Assembly: GCF_004010195.1 (NCBI RefSeq)
Contig: NC_057720.1
Coordinates: 5,368,177 to 5,406,163, forward strand
From: Chiloscyllium plagiosum
Lineage: Eukaryota
DNA: 37,987 nt
Reading direction: 5' to 3'
Part shown: positions 34,270 to 37,987 of the stretch, piece by piece
How positions within the stretch are numbered: the stretch's first letter is position 1
How the letters are laid out: the number at the start of each line of letters is the position of its first letter
Made by a program: the position numbers and the translations under genes
The notes under the pieces: model-generated
Databases searched by the model: none
What the model was told of the DNA's origin: nothing
The model's input: the letters and a program-made list of their open reading frames with translations, nothing else

Positions 34270-35447
34270 CATCTTTTTAAATCTTTCTCCTCTCACCATA
34301 AAAATAATCCCTCTGGTTTTGAACTCCCTCATTCTATGAAAAGACCTTTGTCATTCATCTTATCTAGGTCCCTCATAATTTTTTAGACCTCAATAAGGTT
34401 ACTCCTTATCCTCCTGTGCTCCAGTGAAAAAAGTCCCAGTGTATTCAGCCTCTCCATATATCTCAAACCCTCCATTCCCAGCAACATCCTGGAAAATCTT
34501 TGCTGAACCTTCTCCAGTTTAATAATATCCTCCCTTTAACAGGGTGACCAGAACTGCACATGGGTACTCCAGAAGATACCTCACAATTTCCTGTACAACC
34601 TCAACATTGCATCCCAACTCCTATATTCAAAGGTCTGAGGAATGAAGGCAAGTATGCTTGACAACTTCCTAACCATCCTGTCTACCTGTAACACAAATTT
34701 CTAAAGAAGTTTGTACCTGAATCCCTAGATTTTTTGTTTTTTTGTTTTACCAAAATGCAATGCCTCATATTTATCCAAATTAGACTCTATTTGCCAGTCC
34801 TCAGCCCATTGACCCAATTGACCAAGATCTCTTCGTAATCTTAGATAATCTTCTTCACTGTCAACTATAACACCAATTTTGGTGCCATCATCAAACTTAC
34901 TAACCGTGCCTCCTGTATTTTCATCCAAATCATTTACAAAAATGATAAACAAAATTGGACCCAGTACCAATTCCTGTGGAACACTGCTGGTCACAAGCCT
35001 CCATCTAAACAACACCCTCCTCCACCATCCTCTGTCTCCTACCATAAAACCAATTTTGTATCCAATTGGTAAGCTCACCTTGAATCGTATGTGATCTAAC
35101 TTTACTAATTTGTCTACCAAGCAACACCTTATCAAAGTCCATGTTAACAATGTCTATCACTTTGCCCTACTCAGTCTTTTTGGTTACTTACTCAAAAACG
35201 CAGTTAAGTTTGTGAGATACCATTTCCCTCATACAAATAGATGCTGACTATCCCTAATCAGACTTTGACTCTCCAAATGCATGTAAATCTTATCATTTAG
35301 AATCATCTCCACCAACTTACCCACCACTGATTTCAGACCCAAAGGTCTGTAGTTCCCAGGCTTCTCCTTACGGCCTTTCTTAAATAAAGGCACCACATTA
35401 GCCACCGCCCAGTCGTCCACCACCTCACCTGTGGTTATAGATGATAC
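34270..35447 (-). mobile_element. CR1 RT fragment
   Basis: WAVANVVPLFKKGRKEKPGNYRPL; VPQELVLGPILFIIFVNDLDEN...SKFDDGTKIG. Confidence 0.9.
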
Positions 35448-35809
35448 AAACTGCACTGCTGAATACAAAACTGATGGTGGTTTAGGAGGGTAACTATTTT
35501 TCTGCTGGAATGAAACTGACACTGGAGTCTTCTGAACTGGCAATTACCAGTGTCCCCCAATTAACTGCTTTTCTTTATGTTGTAAAGTCAGCAGTGTAAG
35601 TACTTCATCAATTAACACCATAGATGCCTGGCTAAGCGCTTATTAAGTCATGTGCTTTCTTGAAAATTATGTACTTACGTCACTTCTCTAAATGATTTTC
35701 TGACCTCTTTTTAAAAAAAAAGCCACCCTCACTGAATTGAAACAAATCCATCAGGCTCTATTTTCAAAATATAAATGATAATAATATTTTCACTTTTAGC
35801 ACATAACTA

Positions 35810-36420
35810 AAAGTTAGCATGCATGTGCAGCAACCATTTGGGAAGGCAAATAGTATGTTGACCTGCATTGCAAGAGAATTTGAGTACAAAAGTCTTGCTT
35901 TAGTTGCATAGAGCCTTGGCAAGACTGCATCTGGGATATTATGTACAGTTTTGATCTCCTTTCCTAAGGAGTGCAATTGAGTGAGTGGAAGTGTTCACCA
36001 GCTTAATGCTATAATGGCAAGATTGTTTAATTAGGCGAGATCAAAGAGACTATATTCCCTTGTGTTTCAAACAATATCCAGTGACCTCATTGAAACACAC
36101 AACATTCTTACAGCATGTAACAGGGTGTTTGTAGATATAATGTTTCCTCTAGCTGGTGAGTCTATACTCAGGAAAAATAACCTTATGATTAGGTGTAGGG
36201 ACAAACCGTTTAAGATTGACAATTCCTTCACTCAGAGGCTGACAAATCTTTGGAAATCTCTACCCCAGAGGCCTGTGGAGGCTCGGTCGTTAAACAGATT
36301 TAAGATAGAAATCGATAGCATTCTGGAGACTAATGACAGCAAGTAAGATGTGGGAAAGTGACGTTCAGGCATATGATCATGCACAGTCTAATTGAATACT
36401 CCAGCTTTGATGTTCCTATA
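35810..36420 (+). mobile_element. Old CR1 3' fragment
   Basis: SDLIETHNIL...SFTQRLTNLWKSLPQRPVEA. Confidence 0.75.
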
Positions 36421-37132
36421 TCCTCATTTCTATGAATGATTGAGTTTATTTGTTCTTAATTACATTAGATTGCAAGATATTTTTAAATCAGAGTTTTCCA
36501 CAATGTGACTGAAACTCAGTTCTGTCTTCTGTGCCACACAAGAATAAGTACTTACACTGGGACTGCAGTAGGACATAAATCTGCTATGATGCAACCTATG
36601 GCTATATCCAATATTCCGTTGAATTGTAACATAAATAAAATATCTATTTGGGCCCTCAATGTTTCCAGTTTGTACACTATTCCAACCCAATGAAAGCACA
36701 TGAGAAGCCATTGATATCAGTGTAACACAGTCCAGCTGTTACATCAGCCTTAACTCAGTGGCAAGTATTGTTGACTCTAAATCAGAACATTGTGGCTTCA
36801 GCACATATACACATTAATCCTCGCTGAAGTTCCCGTGGAGGAGCCACCTTTCAGTTCAGACACTAGTTACTGTTGTGGGAATTTCTGGGATCCAATAGCC
36901 ACTCAACTATCCTCCAACCCTTATCTGCAGGGAGTGACCAGATGGAAATCTTTAGAATGTTAAACTTTGTTGTATGCTATAGCGAAGATCTCACAATGTC
37001 AGACCATGACATGCTGGAGACCTTGAAAACAGGATTAAAGAGTTAATTAAACTCTTGGACTTAGTGGGAAGCACATAGTACAAACCAATTAAAGATGTAC
37101 ATTCATCTAAGTCAAATCACTATATCGGTTAT

Positions 37133-37987
37133 GGAGGTAAAAACAATGACTGTAGATGCTGGAAACCAGATTCTGAATTAGTGGTGCTGGGAGAGCACAG
37201 CAGTTCAGGCAGCATCCAAGGAGCAGCGAAATCAATGTTTCAGGCAAAAGCCCTTCATCAGGAATAAAGACAGAGAGCCTGAAGCGTGGAGAGATAAGCT
37301 AGAGGAGGGTGTGGGTGGGGAGAAAGTAGCATAGAGTACAATGGGTGAGTGGGGGAGGAGATGAAGGTGATAGGTCAGACAGGAGACAGTGGAATGGATA
37401 GGTGGAAAAGGAGATAGGCAGGTAGGACAAGTCCGGACAAGTCATGGGGACAGTGCGGAGCTGGAAGTTTGGAACTAGAATGAGGTGAGGGAAGGGGAAA
37501 TGAGGAAACTGTTGAAGTCCACATTGATGCCCTGGGGTTGAAGTGTTCCGAGGCAGAAGATGAGGCGTTCTTCCTCCAGGCCTCTGGTGGTGAGGGAGCA
37601 GCGGTGAACGAGGCCCAGGACCTCCATGTCCTTGGCAGAGTGGGAGGGGGAGTTGAAATGTTGGGCCACGGGACGGTATGGTTGATTGGTGCGGGTGTTC
37701 CGGAGGTGTTCCCTAAAGCACTCTGCTAGGAGGCGCCCAGTCTCCCCACTGTAGAGGAGACCGCATCTGGAGCAACGGATACAATAAATGATATTAGTGG
37801 ATGTGCAAGTAAAACGTTTTTTGGATGTGGAAGGCTCCTTTAGGGCCTTGGATAGAGGTGAGGGAGGAGGTGTGGGCACAGGTTTTACAGTTCCTGCGGT
37901 GGCAGGGGAAAGTGCCAGGATGGGAGGGTGGGTCGTAGGGTGGCGTGGACCTGACCAGGTAGTCACGGAGGGAACGGTCTTTGCGGA
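37133..37987 (-). mobile_element. Penelope-like element 3' end (GIY-YIG endonuclease, 3' UTR, terminal repeat); continues beyond the window
   Basis: FTCTSTNIIYCIRCSRCGLLYSGETGRLLAECFREHL...VAQHFNSPSHS...EERLIFCLGTLQPQGIN; CpG-decayed hammerhead core at 37261-37234. Confidence 0.9.

Overview
Vertebrate DNA, most likely from a shark or other elasmobranch, inferred from HE1/V-SINE-type SINEs, HER1/CR1 LINEs, Deu-domain SINEs and abundant Penelope-like elements (PLEs). The only host coding sequence I can support is exon 1 of a PKA catalytic subunit gene (PRKACA or PRKACB, isoform 1, MGNAATAKKGNEIES|G) on the minus strand at 404-449. Its CpG-island promoter is packed with CRE motifs. The remaining ~36 kb upstream is a nested mosaic of decayed retroelements (CR1, RTE, PLE, LTR remnants, SINEs) plus a 45 x 35-bp minisatellite. 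The most notable pattern is about ten minimal hammerhead-ribozyme cores (CTGANGA-stem II-GAAA-palindromic tetramer) from at least four PLE-derived sequence families. Several sit in short non-coding inserts, either monomers or head-to-head palindromes, flanked by 11-14 bp target-site duplications (TSDs) and bounded just 5' of the ribozyme core. All calls were made by eye, and transposon boundaries are approximate unless a TSD is given.
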